A stretch of DNA of 39,958 bases from Eledone cirrhosa (taxonomy: Eukaryota): contig CAXHJY010000761.1 of NCBI GenBank assembly GCA_964016885.1, forward strand, positions 1 to 39,958, given 5' to 3'. Below, in pieces: positions 39,958 through 39,958 of this stretch. The notes below the pieces were generated by a model. That model searched no databases and was not told the origin of the DNA. It was given only the letters and a program-made list of their open reading frames with translations. Positions within the stretch are counted from its first letter, which is position 1, and every line of letters starts with the position of its first letter. Both the position numbers and the translations under genes were made by a program.

Positions 39958-39958
39958 A

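Overview
Repeat-rich eukaryotic DNA. The repeat inventory (RTE LINEs with (GAT)n tails, tRNA-head SINEs, kb-long (TA)n/(CATA)n arrays) suggests an octopod cephalopod, by inference. Host genes I can support are a single-exon UQCC2 ORF (17943-18329, +), tRNA-Pro(UGG) (16340-16411, -), and a large minus-strand exon encoding a C2H2 zinc finger plus an extremely acidic tail (37501 to the window end). Mobile DNA comprises two copies of one RTE LINE family with a PHD-like finger inserted in the RT region (one near-intact, one decayed), internally deleted non-autonomous RTE derivatives, CRE-like RT remnants, SINEs, and piggyBac-like and hAT-like MITEs. The most interesting signal is a hidden RNA layer. 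There are four Penelope-type minimal type-I hammerhead ribozyme motifs with palindromic stem III (3287-3433 +, 14759-14810 -, 18464-18513 + broken and just downstream of UQCC2, 21205-21270 -). There is also a 5'-truncated HDV-like ribozyme candidate on a microsatellite-associated RTE derivative, and an unexplained UUCG-capped hairpin at 32864-32920. The very long I/Y/H/T ORFs in the track are microsatellite artefacts. All calls were made by eye; no searches or folding programs were run.
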